DNA of 63,100 nt, counting the filler, from Pseudomonadota bacterium (GTDB taxonomy: Bacteria > Desulfobacterota > Desulfobacteria > Desulfobacterales > JBDRRP01): the NCBI GenBank assembly GCA_043825735.1. It is 5 parts of 5 records of this genome, joined end to end, with 100 filler letters (N's around TTAATTAATTAA, not from the genome) between each part and the next. Parts side by side here need not be neighbours in the genome. Positions count along the whole stretch, not along the records: positions 1 to 22,608 come from JBDRRP010000028.1; 4 more parts are not named here. One strand, written 5' to 3'. Positions 1 through 9,771 of the stretch are shown here, piece by piece. A program made the translations under genes and the position numbers. The notes below the pieces were generated by a model. That model searched no databases. It was not told the origin of the DNA and worked only from the letters and a program-made list of their open reading frames with translations. Position 1 is the stretch's first letter. Every line of letters begins with the position of its first letter.

Positions 1-140
1 TTCCAAACCAGTGAAAAACGACCGTTTGAAAGGGGGTGAAAAACCATAGTTTGAAGCCGGTCCGAGAACCGTTTTTTGGCCGCTTTCAACTGGCTCCATT
101 ACGGCGATCATGGGTGGCTCGTATATGGCGATCATTGACA
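1..140. mobile_element. Terminal part of an IS21-family-like insertion sequence; the rest lies outside the window
   Basis: Ends in ...ATCATTGACA (TGTCA on the other strand). Two 21-nt subterminal direct repeats with 24-nt period: TGGCTCCATTACGGCGATCAT (91-111) and TGGCTCGTATATGGCGATCAT (115-135). Helicase-like sequence stops exactly here. Confidence 0.65.
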
Positions 141-2124
141 CGGGCAAAACATTTTGTACAACTTCGTCAATCTGGCGTTGATTGAGGGTGCCACGCGCGT
201 GACGGCCTTCAACGGTTATATAGGCCTTGAGAACGTCTGACTCCCCTTGATCGTGAGTCATTAAGATTAATTCGCCTCCATAGAATTTTTGGTTGCAGAA
301 CTGGATAATCTTTGGATGGCAACGATAATGCTCTCGAAGCAGCGTCTCTGGGATCTGAGGGAAAGCAGCGCGAACGGCTGAAAGTAAATTGTGTCGTTCG
401 AACCGGGCGTGTTCCGGTAAGTCGTACTTTAAAGCAACCTGGATAGCATGCTTTGCGTCCTTCTCCGTCAATACGTTGGGAAGTTGCATAGGATCACCGA
501 CGATTACGAGCTTCTCGGCGCAGCCCATTGCAAGAACACCATTGAGCAGATCGACCTGGCTCGCTTCGTCCACTATGACGCAATCGAACAGATAGCCATT
601 CTTGACCGACGTGATGATGGAGAACGTGGTGCTCAGAACGATAGGATATTCCTTGAGAAATTTTTCCGGCTGTCTCCAGAGGTCTTCAAGTTTGAATATC
701 TCCCGAGCCCGATTATTGTAATGCTTTGCAAGACGGTGCTTCAGTAGCTGCATCGAAAGCTCAGTCAACCGTTTCAGTCGCTTGTCGAAACTGTATCCGG
801 CAAGTGACGCCTCAAGCCTCTTTTTCTTGTCCTCAAGATCCGCAATCTTCCGCAGGTAGAAGGCCGTTTGCAACAGTGGGATACGCTCCTCGACGTTGAG
901 TTGGAAAAAGACTCTCCCTGCCATACCAAACCGAAGCAGGAGCCGAATTTTCTCAATAAGGCTGGCATGATAAACCGGTTCCATTGTTGTGGGTAAAAGC
1001 GATGGGAATTCCGCCTCTGCATGGTGCGTAAATTCCTGCTCATATGCCAGCCAAGCCTTCAGAAGCGTTCGCGCTGAAATTTTCGTCAGACGATGAGTCT
1101 TGTCCCTAACATTCGCGTCGTCGCCCTTCGTTTCCTGATGGAACCTTTCAAAATGCTTTAATTCAAGCCGAAGAGCATCGATCTGCTGAATTGTGGCGGC
1201 CAACTTGTTTTTCGTTTCAAACGCTTTGTCGAGTTCCTGATTCAGGTGTGGAATTTCCCTATGCAAAGAAGCCTCTTGGTCCGCTTGTAGCGTTGGCATC
1301 CGAACCGCATCTCCTGTCTGTCGATCGATGAATGCCTCTTTGTTTTGGGCGCTTCCGAGAAATGCGGTCACGAAACCCAACTCGTATTTCTGAAGCTTTT
1401 GGAGAACGTTAGCCGTAGCAGAATTATTGTTGGAAACCACAGCAACCCGTTTATCCTGGAGCAACATGTTGCCAATCAAGTTCAGGATAGTTAGCGTTTT
1501 CCCCGTGCCAGGCGGACCCTGAACCAGGGAAACAGGGTGCTGAATCGCCTTCTGGACAGCTGTTTTCTGGCTCATATTACAGCCGAATGGAAAGATGATG
1601 CTCGATGTAGGGTGCGATGGAACCGGCTCCAAGCTGGGGAACGGGGCCTTCAGAAACCTGAAAAGGATACTGCGGTTCGATACAATGTCCAGTTGCCGGT
1701 ATTTCATTGCAAGCAGCGATTCGTTTCCGCTAGTCCTGAGTGAAATGGCCTCAGTAAGCTCTCTGAAATAGGCGAGAGCATCCTTGCTGCGGCCAGATGA
1801 TGACTTCATTCGCTGGGCAGCAAAGTCTGCGACTGGACAGCATCTTATTCCCCCTCTTCCGTGGAAAATCTTTACCCAATTATCGAATCGTAATACCTCT
1901 TTCACATCGGATAGAATATCACCTGCGATGGACACGCGGTAATTATCGACAGGTCTTCTCTCGGGATTTGATAGACACTCAACATTTCGCTGAGCATAGC
2001 GATACGACTTCCCGCTTTTGTATGTCACGACTGCACGGTCGCCTTCCCGGACGATTTTCAATATATCATTCGTCTTGTCTTTGCCTTTGATGATGACAAG
2101 GTATTTTTTTGGGTCTATGGCCAC
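141..2124 (-). pseudogene. SF1 (DNA2/NAM7-like, AAA_11/AAA_12) helicase, 3'-truncated by the IS end; absent from the ORF track because the frame runs off the window without a stop
   Basis: Manual translation from GTG at 2124 gives MAIDPKKYLVIIKGKDKT..., Walker A SLVQGPPGTGKT, VAVVSNNNSATANV, and HYRCHPKIIQFCNQKFY near the truncation. Confidence 0.8.
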
Positions 2125-2475
2125 CGGAATTTCTCTTACCTTATTGCCTTAAACAAGTTTTCCCAAATACAATCCAACGTCGCTTTGCGGATTGCGCATC
2201 ACAGTTTGTGAATTCCTTCCTGCAGGACGAGGGGGTGGGGCAGCTTGGCATATATACTATCCTATTGCCCCTTGATAAAGTCCCGAATAACCTTTGGGAA
2301 TCGTGATTATTCTTTTTCTTGAGAACCTTTGGTGTAAAGTCTTTTTGAAAACCTTATCATCGCCGACAAAGAGTAATCCGGTATCCCTGGCCCATCTCAT
2401 ATCGTTAATCAAAACCGCTCGGAATGTAGGCCAAACTCAATGCAGGGAATTCTTCAGAATATATCTTCGATGAAG

Positions 2476-3441
2476 TCACCGAGTGAAAATATCTTGCCGG
2501 TGTGTCGCCAAGTTTGTTTGGGCCGGCCAGAAAGATTCCTTGTCGGGCTTGAAAATCGGTCGGTCCTGAAGCGTGAGCACGTGGCCGGGGATGTTCTCGT
2601 TTGTCCGAGTCCGTCTGGATACCAGCACCTCGTATTTTTTGCCTACGCCCATCAGCCCCGCGTCAAAGGACCAGTGGCACAGGCGGCACAGGCACAACCC
2701 GTTGGTGGGGTGATCGTCCTGGCTCTTGCTCCATGGGACGATGTGGGCGGCCTCGACGATGGTGTGACCGTCCGCCGTGAGCATGCGGATGCCGCAAAGC
2801 GCGCAGCGGTGGTCGTAGAGCGTCACGATGGCTTTCCGGAACCCCTGGTCGCGCACTTTGCGGGATGCCTCTGTTGCCAGGCCCGGTGCCGGTTCAACCG
2901 TTTCATGAACGCCCTGGGTCAATGCGGCGGCATATTCATAGGCGGCGAGGTTGACCGCCCCTTGCTCGGCAACTGCGGCTTGGACCGTCGGGTCGAAATA
3001 GGTTTCCACCAGCACCTTTCTCAGACGCTCCCGCTGGACTGGATCCACCATGGCCGCAAAAAGCGTTTCATCGATTCTGGCGCCGGCGTAGTATTCATTG
3101 AACTTTGCCATCGAACTGATCGTCCGGCCGGGCCTGTCTGTTTGCCCCGGGTTGGGGACCAACTGCCAGAACGGCTCTGAACACAGATGATAGAGCGGAT
3201 ATGATGGCAGTCCGCGCCGAGTCGGCGGCATCACCAGAGACCAATAACCGTTGAAAGTTTCGACCAATTCGCGGGTCGGGGCAATGAAGGGCTGCGTGAT
3301 TTGCCCCAGTGCGACGAGATCCATGATCGAAAGCAGCAAAAAAGGCTTGTGTGGTGCGCGGTGGCGGGTGAGGGGAGACCAGCGCGTACTGTTCGTATCG
3401 GTTCGAAGCTTTGCAAAGGCCGTGAGGTGGGGTGCCAGCAT
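2476..3441 (-). CDS. HNH restriction endonuclease with N-terminal sulfur-binding-like (SBD) domain; putative phosphorothioate-dependent nuclease
   Basis: N-terminal APHKPFLLL and SYPLYHL motifs; C-terminal RDQGFR..CALCG..EAAHIVPW..NGLCLCRLCHWSFDAG HNH domain. Confidence 0.75.
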   Translation of the reverse strand: MLAPHLTAFAKLRTDTNSTRWSPLTRHRAPHKPFLLLSIMDLVALGQITQPFIAPTRELVETFNGYWSLVMPPTRRGLPSYPLYHLCSEPFWQLVPNPGQTDRPGRTISSMAKFNEYYAGARIDETLFAAMVDPVQRERLRKVLVETYFDPTVQAAVAEQGAVNLAAYEYAAALTQGVHETVEPAPGLATEASRKVRDQGFRKAIVTLYDHRCALCGIRMLTADGHTIVEAAHIVPWSKSQDDHPTNGLCLCRLCHWSFDAGLMGVGKKYEVLVSRRTRTNENIPGHVLTLQDRPIFKPDKESFWPAQTNLATHRQDIFTR

Positions 3442-3557
3442 GATGGCTACTTTAGCAGTTTGTCAGGGATTCTCAAGGTTTAGGGTGATGAATCTCCATA
3501 AACCGTCCATTTTACCGACGAAAAGTACGTTTTAAGGCAATTTTTAGAGGGTATTTT

Positions 3558-5455
3558 CTTACATTTCGCATGTTTCAAAAATAGTTTTCCCCAATCAGCG
3601 AAAAATATTATTTAAATCAGCTATGTAGCTCTAAATTGCCACCAGCGACTATTGAGCATTTTGTACACAACCTCTGGAACTTCAAGAAGCCTATTGATCT
3701 CCCAGTGAAGCGTGCTAAGGCCTTTCACCTCCGACATTATGCTGGTTCCGTCTCTGATTATCTCGGAGAAATGGATGTTACGGTAAAAATATCGGATGTT
3801 GTTCCAGGTTGGCTTCTTGGTGTTCATGCCCTGGGGTAAGATCGGCAGCTTCTCTATCTTCTCTTTGGCCATGTTCATGCGGATCTTGCGCTCGATGAGC
3901 GACACGATCATCAAGGCAACGAAGTATAGAAAAAGCATGGCCTCAATGCGTTTCACTTTCTTCAGAAAAACCGGAGCGACTTCCAGAACCGTCTTTTTGG
4001 TGTACATGCGTTTTTCGAGAAAAGGCTGATCCTTGTATCTTTTCAAGACATCGGCGGCGTCAAAAGCCGTGTTGGTGATCAAAGGAAAGATCCCGTCGGT
4101 TCTGGACGCCTCGGCAAGGGCTTTTTCGTTGAGTTTCCACTCAATGCTGTGGGTGAATGTCCACTTGTTTTTGAAAACGCTTTCAGACAACGAAGTCCTC
4201 GGCGGCGAAAGCTTGATCTTGACCTGCTTGCGCTCGGTCAGAATATCAACATCGATGAACTCCTTGACCGGCTTGCAGATGCGATCGATCGCCGCCTTGA
4301 TATCCTTTTTGGTCTTGAGATGGTAGGCGTTTAGTTTCGGCACCAGTTCCTCCAATTGCGCTACGGCCTTGTCGATCTTCTTTTGCCTACGATCTTGGTC
4401 GTCTTCCCACTTTGCGCTGCTATACACGAAAATGATGCGGTACCCGGCTTTCGTCGGCTTCGCCTCATGGGTTTTGTAGGTGTTGAGCTTACTTTTTTTG
4501 CGTGAGCTCTCCACATCGAAAGCATGTTGCCAATCGACTTCGTTTTCTTTCAGGTGTTTGTAAAACTGCTTCAGTTCCTTGCGATCCTTGGGAACGATGG
4601 TGATGAACAAGCCGCCGTTTTTCGCGATATGGTCCAGGTTCTTCTGGCTGCACAATTTGCAGTCGGCCACGTATACGAAATCCTCTTTGCTCAGCAAGGC
4701 GCGCAGGGCGTTCCAGTTGGGTATGTGAGTGATATCATCGTTGGTGTTGCCGTCAAAAAGCTTATAGCTTAGCGGTACATGGCCATCGGCGGTGATATTC
4801 AATCCGAACACGACTTGCTTGCAATCGGGCCTGAAATCCTTGTTGTGGCCGTGCTTGAGCTTGACCGCTTGTTCATCGGGATTGTCGTATTTGCCGATGA
4901 AAGTCACCGTGGTGCTGTCGTTGTGAACTTCATCGGTCAACAAATTGTGGGTGGCTATCGCATTGCCGGACACATCGGTCATCAGCGAATGGCGGTCTGC
5001 CTCGAAAAGAGCCGAAAGAGCTCTGGCCAGGCGGTCGTCATTGAACAGCGTTGCCTCTTCCGGTTCTTTGCCAAGATCGTCTGAGTATTGGCGCAACCAC
5101 TCTTGAACTTTGTATAAAGGCTTGTTGTCGCAGATGATGTTGGCCGTCAAAATGCACAGGCTTTCTGCATGATCCGCCAGACTTCCTGGTGCTGCCGGGA
5201 CATACTTCGTAAAGAGATTGACCAGGTCAAGTTGATCCATGTAATGCTTGACCAGCGGCAGCACATCGACTTGGCTGAACCGCGTTTCAAATTGTTCCAT
5301 TACGCCTCCCCTGATCGTGTTTAGGGGGCGTTATAGAACAACTGAAAGGCGAAGTCTAGATTTATTTATTGTGCTGAAAAAACAGGATATCGCGCCATAT
5401 ATGAGCTCGTGGCCTCTTGCCTTGAAAACTTTTTCCTGAACGTGCGAAATGTAAG
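3558..5455 (-). mobile_element. IS1634-family insertion sequence (complete)
   Basis: Terminal inverted repeats CTTACATTTCGCATGTT (from 3558) and AACGTGCGAAATGTAAG (to 5455) flank a 559-aa transposase. Flanks ATTTT/ATTTA are only an imperfect target duplication. Confidence 0.85.
3621..5300 (-). CDS. IS1634-family DDE transposase
   Basis: LFNDDRLARAL, HNDSTT, GHNKDFRPDCKQ, DGNTND, VADCKL and VAPVFLK..RIEA motifs. Confidence 0.9.
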   Translation of the reverse strand: MEQFETRFSQVDVLPLVKHYMDQLDLVNLFTKYVPAAPGSLADHAESLCILTANIICDNKPLYKVQEWLRQYSDDLGKEPEEATLFNDDRLARALSALFEADRHSLMTDVSGNAIATHNLLTDEVHNDSTTVTFIGKYDNPDEQAVKLKHGHNKDFRPDCKQVVFGLNITADGHVPLSYKLFDGNTNDDITHIPNWNALRALLSKEDFVYVADCKLCSQKNLDHIAKNGGLFITIVPKDRKELKQFYKHLKENEVDWQHAFDVESSRKKSKLNTYKTHEAKPTKAGYRIIFVYSSAKWEDDQDRRQKKIDKAVAQLEELVPKLNAYHLKTKKDIKAAIDRICKPVKEFIDVDILTERKQVKIKLSPPRTSLSESVFKNKWTFTHSIEWKLNEKALAEASRTDGIFPLITNTAFDAADVLKRYKDQPFLEKRMYTKKTVLEVAPVFLKKVKRIEAMLFLYFVALMIVSLIERKIRMNMAKEKIEKLPILPQGMNTKKPTWNNIRYFYRNIHFSEIIRDGTSIMSEVKGLSTLHWEINRLLEVPEVVYKMLNSRWWQFRAT

Positions 5456-6056
5456 ATTTAAGATAAAAAATCAGGGGTGATTTTGGAATTTTATCATTGA
5501 TATTTGCCGAATAGCGTGGTCCGACCCCAAATAGCACTAATTGAACCGTGGGCTACCAAGAATGGCATTCTGGCCGTTACTTATAGTAATGATTTTGCGA
5601 TTTCGCTCGACATCCCCGTCGGTGAAGAAAAGACGGCGGTTATTCGGCACCTGGTCGATATAGTAAAGTCAATGGCGGCCATTCTCAGAGCACTGCCGCC
5701 GAGGGCCGCCACAATTGTGGAAGATGAATGAGACGATGAGGCCCCAGAAATGATACAACGAAGCAGACAACTCCATTGGCCAGGGGGCACATGTCCGACG
5801 CCCTTACTGAGATCTTACTGGGTGCCCCCCGGCCTAAGCCGCCCACGGCAGCGCCAGAAAGTACAATGGGCAATAGGATTTTTTTCGGCTCTGGTGGGCC
5901 CATAATAGTTCGCATGCCAACGATGATCACTGCCACTGAGATAATGGGTGTTTGACATTTTGGCGGCAGTAGTGGCGGGAACGGTTGTCGTGAATTTGCG
6001 CGTGGGAATGGTGCGGCGGAAGTAGCGGGGTCGGCAGGACCAGGAACGGAGGTTTA

Positions 6057-6362
6057 GTGAAAATCCCTCACCTGGTGAGAAGCGGGCAATTTCGGCCCAT
6101 CATCGCGGTCGCAATCGAGGCCGAAGGCTGCCCGGGCGGTTTTCGGGTCGATCTGCCGCTGGGCGGTGGGTATAGCGGTGACATCGTGGTTTCCATCGGT
6201 TCGGCCACCGAGAAGGCCTTCGAAGCCGAAGTTTCGCTGAACGACTGGACGCGGTTTCCTGCTAGAATTCGAGCTGCCGCAACGGCCCTTCGAGATGTGG
6301 GGTGTAAGGGCCATTTCAGGATCAGTCACACGGATGGGGTTTTGATAATCAGGGCCCTTTGA
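6057..6362 (+). CDS. Small hypothetical protein (101 aa)
   Basis: GGAGG immediately upstream of the GTG start; globular-looking sequence with TRFPARIRAAATAL. Confidence 0.55.
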   Translation: MKIPHLVRSGQFRPIIAVAIEAEGCPGGFRVDLPLGGGYSGDIVVSIGSATEKAFEAEVSLNDWTRFPARIRAAATALRDVGCKGHFRISHTDGVLIIRAL

Positions 6363-6611
6363 GAAATGCCAATAGTTCTCTATCAGAAGGATATTGTGCG
6401 GGGTGAAATGGGCCGTTTAAGACTTTTTGAAGAGGCTTTTTCCCGGTTATCAATGTAATAGGAGGTTGATACCTTGGTCTGTTCCGAGGTCCGTCTTAAC
6501 AACGTCTCGTTTTTACTTTAGAATGGGTCAATTATGGGAAATATCATAAGACAGAGGTGGACGGTTGGTTAAAATCGGGAGGAACTGAACAGGATAGGGG
6601 GCTTTAGAAAA

Positions 6612-7721
6612 ATGAGCGCGCATAAATACCGAAGCGATGTGTCTTGTTTAGACCTTTTCTGCGGCGCCGGGGGCCTCACTTACGGCTTTGCTCTGGAAGG
6701 ACTCCGAATCAATGCCGGGATAGACCTTGATCCCGCCTGTCGCTATCCGTTTTCTTCCAACAATGATTCCTCCTTTATTGAGTGGGATGTTTCGAGAGTC
6801 GATGAATGCGAAATAATAGAGCTTTTCTCACCGGACACGATCTGGGTGTTGGCGGGATGCGCCCCATGTCAACCGTTTTCGACCTACAGTCAGCGATATG
6901 ACACAAAAACGGATCACAAGTGGGGTTTACTATACGAATTTGACGGTATAGCCGAAGCCGCAATGCCCGATATCGTAACCATGGAGAATGTTCCGACGAT
7001 TAAGCACCACAAGGTGTTCAGCGATTTCGTGGAGGCTTTGAAGCTGCGTGGCTACGAAGTGTGGCATGATGTGGTGGACTGCGCCGCATATGGAGTCCCA
7101 CAGTCTCGCCAGCGAATGGTTTTGCTTGCTTCCCTGCATGGGCCGATAAGCCTCATCGAACCCTTCAGAGAAAAGTCGAGATATAAAACCGTTCGGCAAG
7201 CCATAGGACGATTGCGTCCCATCGGTGCAGGCGAATCGGACCCGAAGGATAAGTTACATGTCGCATCAATGCTTTCTGCCAAGAATACAGATCGTATCCG
7301 TGCATCCAAACCCGGCGGAACATGGCGGGACTGGCCGCGGCATCTTGTGGCAAACTGTCACAAAACGGATTCAGGGCATACATACCCAAGTGTATATGGG
7401 CGCATGGATTGGAATAAACCTGCACCGACGATCACTACACAATGCTACGGCTTCGGCAACGGGCGATTCGGTCACCCTGAACAAGACCGGGCGATATCCT
7501 TGCGCGAAGCAGCCATACTCCAAGGCTTTCCTAAGAGCTATAGATTTGTTCCGCCTCGCGAAAAGGTTCATATCAAAACGGTGGGGCGGCTGATAGGCAA
7601 CGCTGTTCCCGTCGATTTGGGGCGAGCTATCGCGAAGAGTATAATCCGGCATATAGATGATAAGAAGGTGAAGCCAATGAACTCTGCGAGAATGCCGAAT
7701 CGTGAGCGTTATTCGCTGTGA
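6612..7721 (+). CDS. dcm: DNA (cytosine-5) methyltransferase; DruM-like by position
   Basis: Motifs DLFCGAGG, GCAPCQPFS, MENV, YGVPQSRQR, ISLREAAILQGFP, IGNAVP. Confidence 0.95.
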   Translation: MSAHKYRSDVSCLDLFCGAGGLTYGFALEGLRINAGIDLDPACRYPFSSNNDSSFIEWDVSRVDECEIIELFSPDTIWVLAGCAPCQPFSTYSQRYDTKTDHKWGLLYEFDGIAEAAMPDIVTMENVPTIKHHKVFSDFVEALKLRGYEVWHDVVDCAAYGVPQSRQRMVLLASLHGPISLIEPFREKSRYKTVRQAIGRLRPIGAGESDPKDKLHVASMLSAKNTDRIRASKPGGTWRDWPRHLVANCHKTDSGHTYPSVYGRMDWNKPAPTITTQCYGFGNGRFGHPEQDRAISLREAAILQGFPKSYRFVPPREKVHIKTVGRLIGNAVPVDLGRAIAKSIIRHIDDKKVKPMNSARMPNRERYSL

Positions 7722-7753
7722 AGCTGGGTACTTGATTGAGCGAAAACATTTAT

Positions 7754-8179
7754 ATGAAAAGAAAACTCAACCGGCCGCCTTTGACCCGTTCAGAGATCAT
7801 GAAGCGAGTGAAGAGCAAGGACTCAACCGCTGAAATCGCTCTTCGCTCCGCTCTGCATGCGGAAGGGTTGAGATTCCGGTTTCATCGTCGTATCGAAGGC
7901 ATCACAGTTGATATCGTCTTCCCCGGTCCGAGAGTCGCCGTTTTCGTCGATGGCTGCTTTTGGCACGGCTGTCCAGAACACGCAACATTCCCAAAATCCA
8001 ATCGGGATTATTGGCTGCCCAAGCTTGCTGAGAACAAGGAGCGCGATGAACGCCAGTCGAAACATCTTCAGAGACTGGGATGGAAGGTCATTCGAGTGTG
8101 GGAGCATGATTGCTTGCCGCCCGCCTCTAACGTCGTTGCTCAGATAATTGAAGCTTGTGGCAAAGAAAGATGTGCATGA
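7754..8179 (+). CDS. vsr: Very short patch repair endonuclease
   Basis: RSEIMKRVKSKDS, DIVF, FVDGCFWHGCP, YWLPKLAENKERD, GWKVIRVWEH; adjacent to dcm. Confidence 0.93.
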   Translation: MKRKLNRPPLTRSEIMKRVKSKDSTAEIALRSALHAEGLRFRFHRRIEGITVDIVFPGPRVAVFVDGCFWHGCPEHATFPKSNRDYWLPKLAENKERDERQSKHLQRLGWKVIRVWEHDCLPPASNVVAQIIEACGKERCA

Positions 8180-8273
8180 TTTATTATCTCTATTCCTATC
8201 CGATAAACAGAACATTTCCAGTGACTGTAGAGTTCCTGATTCCTGAAAATTGGAGACTTGTTGGAGATCAATA

Positions 8274-9524
8274 GTGATAAAAATATTTCCCTTCAATAAA
8301 ATTGATACGGCAGACTTGATTGTAGACGCTGTATATGAAGGAGGAACTACGGGCAAAATCAGAGATGAAGCTCTATGCAAAGTTTTGCCTGGAATCGGCA
8401 ACCTTGGTGGGTTCCGTGCTTCAGGAACAGGTTTAGATAAAAAATTCGTTGTGCTCTATACGAGTGGGAAAGATATGAACTGGCCCGATCTCATAGATCT
8501 TAGCTCAGGGCAGTTCATTTATTACGGTGACAATAAAACCCCTGGGCATGATCTGCACGATACTCGACCCGGAGGGAACCGGATTCTACGACGGGTTTTT
8601 GAACATCTTCATTTTACACCTCCCAAACGTGAATTGATTCCACCCTTTTTCATATTCACTCGTTATCCAACGGAAAAATCCTCCAGATCCGTTCAGTTCA
8701 ATGGACTTGCTGCTCCCGGGTTCCCTGGAATACCAGCAACGGAGGATCTGCTGGCTATTTGGAAAACAAGCCGAGGACAGAGGTTTCAGAATTACAAATC
8801 TGTTTTTACGATTTTAGATGTTCCAGTGATAAGCCGGACCTGGATCACCTCATTAGCGAAGGGTGCGGAATCAAATGTCAATACACCAGCAGCATGGAAA
8901 GAATGGGTTCATAAAGGACGGTATCATCCTCTAACTTCAGAGCCCACAACGATAATTCGTACGCTGGACGACCAAATCCCTGACACGAGCCAGAAGAGGC
9001 AGCTGCTTTCTATCGTATTCGAATATTTCAAAGATGCTCCTTTTTTATTTGAAAATTTTGCGGCCCGTATATTCCAGATGCAAGATCAACGGGTTGCAAT
9101 AGATAGGGTGACAAGAAATGTGATAGATGGCGGACGAGATGCAGTAGGCCGCTATCGCTTAGGTCTAATTGATGATCCTGTCAAAGTAGAGTTCGCTCTG
9201 GAGGCCAAATGCTACGCTCCATCAATCAGAGATAAAAGGCCCAGCACGGTTGGAGTTAAGGGGGTAGCAAGATTGATCTCAAGGCTGAGGCACAGGCAAT
9301 TCGGGGTTTTGGTTACCACTTCGGCTATCGCACGTCAAGCATATCAGGAGGTAAGAGAGGACAAGCACCCGATAGTTTTCATTTCTGGGAAAGATATCGC
9401 AGAAATACTGATTACCAGTGGTTACAATAGCAAGCAGATTCTTCAGAATTTTCTTGAGGCTGAATTCCCGCATCCTGATTATGGTGCAGGAGATAAGAGG
9501 GAGCAACGCGACGCCGTTCCATAG
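8274..9524 (+). CDS. AspBHI-like restriction endonuclease (SRA-like N-domain plus Mrr-type catalytic domain)
   Basis: ADLIVDAVYEGG, GNLGGFR, WPD..D, YYGDNKTPG, FQNY; catalytic DGGRDAVG and LEAKCY, ISRLRHRQFGVLVTTS. GTG start at 8274 follows GGAG. Confidence 0.85.
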   Translation: MIKIFPFNKIDTADLIVDAVYEGGTTGKIRDEALCKVLPGIGNLGGFRASGTGLDKKFVVLYTSGKDMNWPDLIDLSSGQFIYYGDNKTPGHDLHDTRPGGNRILRRVFEHLHFTPPKRELIPPFFIFTRYPTEKSSRSVQFNGLAAPGFPGIPATEDLLAIWKTSRGQRFQNYKSVFTILDVPVISRTWITSLAKGAESNVNTPAAWKEWVHKGRYHPLTSEPTTIIRTLDDQIPDTSQKRQLLSIVFEYFKDAPFLFENFAARIFQMQDQRVAIDRVTRNVIDGGRDAVGRYRLGLIDDPVKVEFALEAKCYAPSIRDKRPSTVGVKGVARLISRLRHRQFGVLVTTSAIARQAYQEVREDKHPIVFISGKDIAEILITSGYNSKQILQNFLEAEFPHPDYGAGDKREQRDAVP

Positions 9525-9771
9525 TACCCGCCGAAGGGCTCGCATCGTGTTACGTTCCAGGCGGGTTGCGGCGATGATAAGTGTCTGCTTATAACACAAG
9601 AAGATCAAGAAACACCGCCGCAGCAGGAGAATGGAAGAGGCAGGCTGGTTTATTACCAGGGCCTGGGAGCACTAGGGCCCAAAATGCACCAAGGAAAAGC
9701 TCAATTGCATTGACATGAGCCGAGACCAAATCTGAGATGCTTCGAAGAGGTCGAGGCGAGCTGGGTGGAAG

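Noticed and set aside
5504..5936. Short ORFs beside IS1634
   Set aside because: Overlapping and without motifs or RBS; at most a gene remnant.
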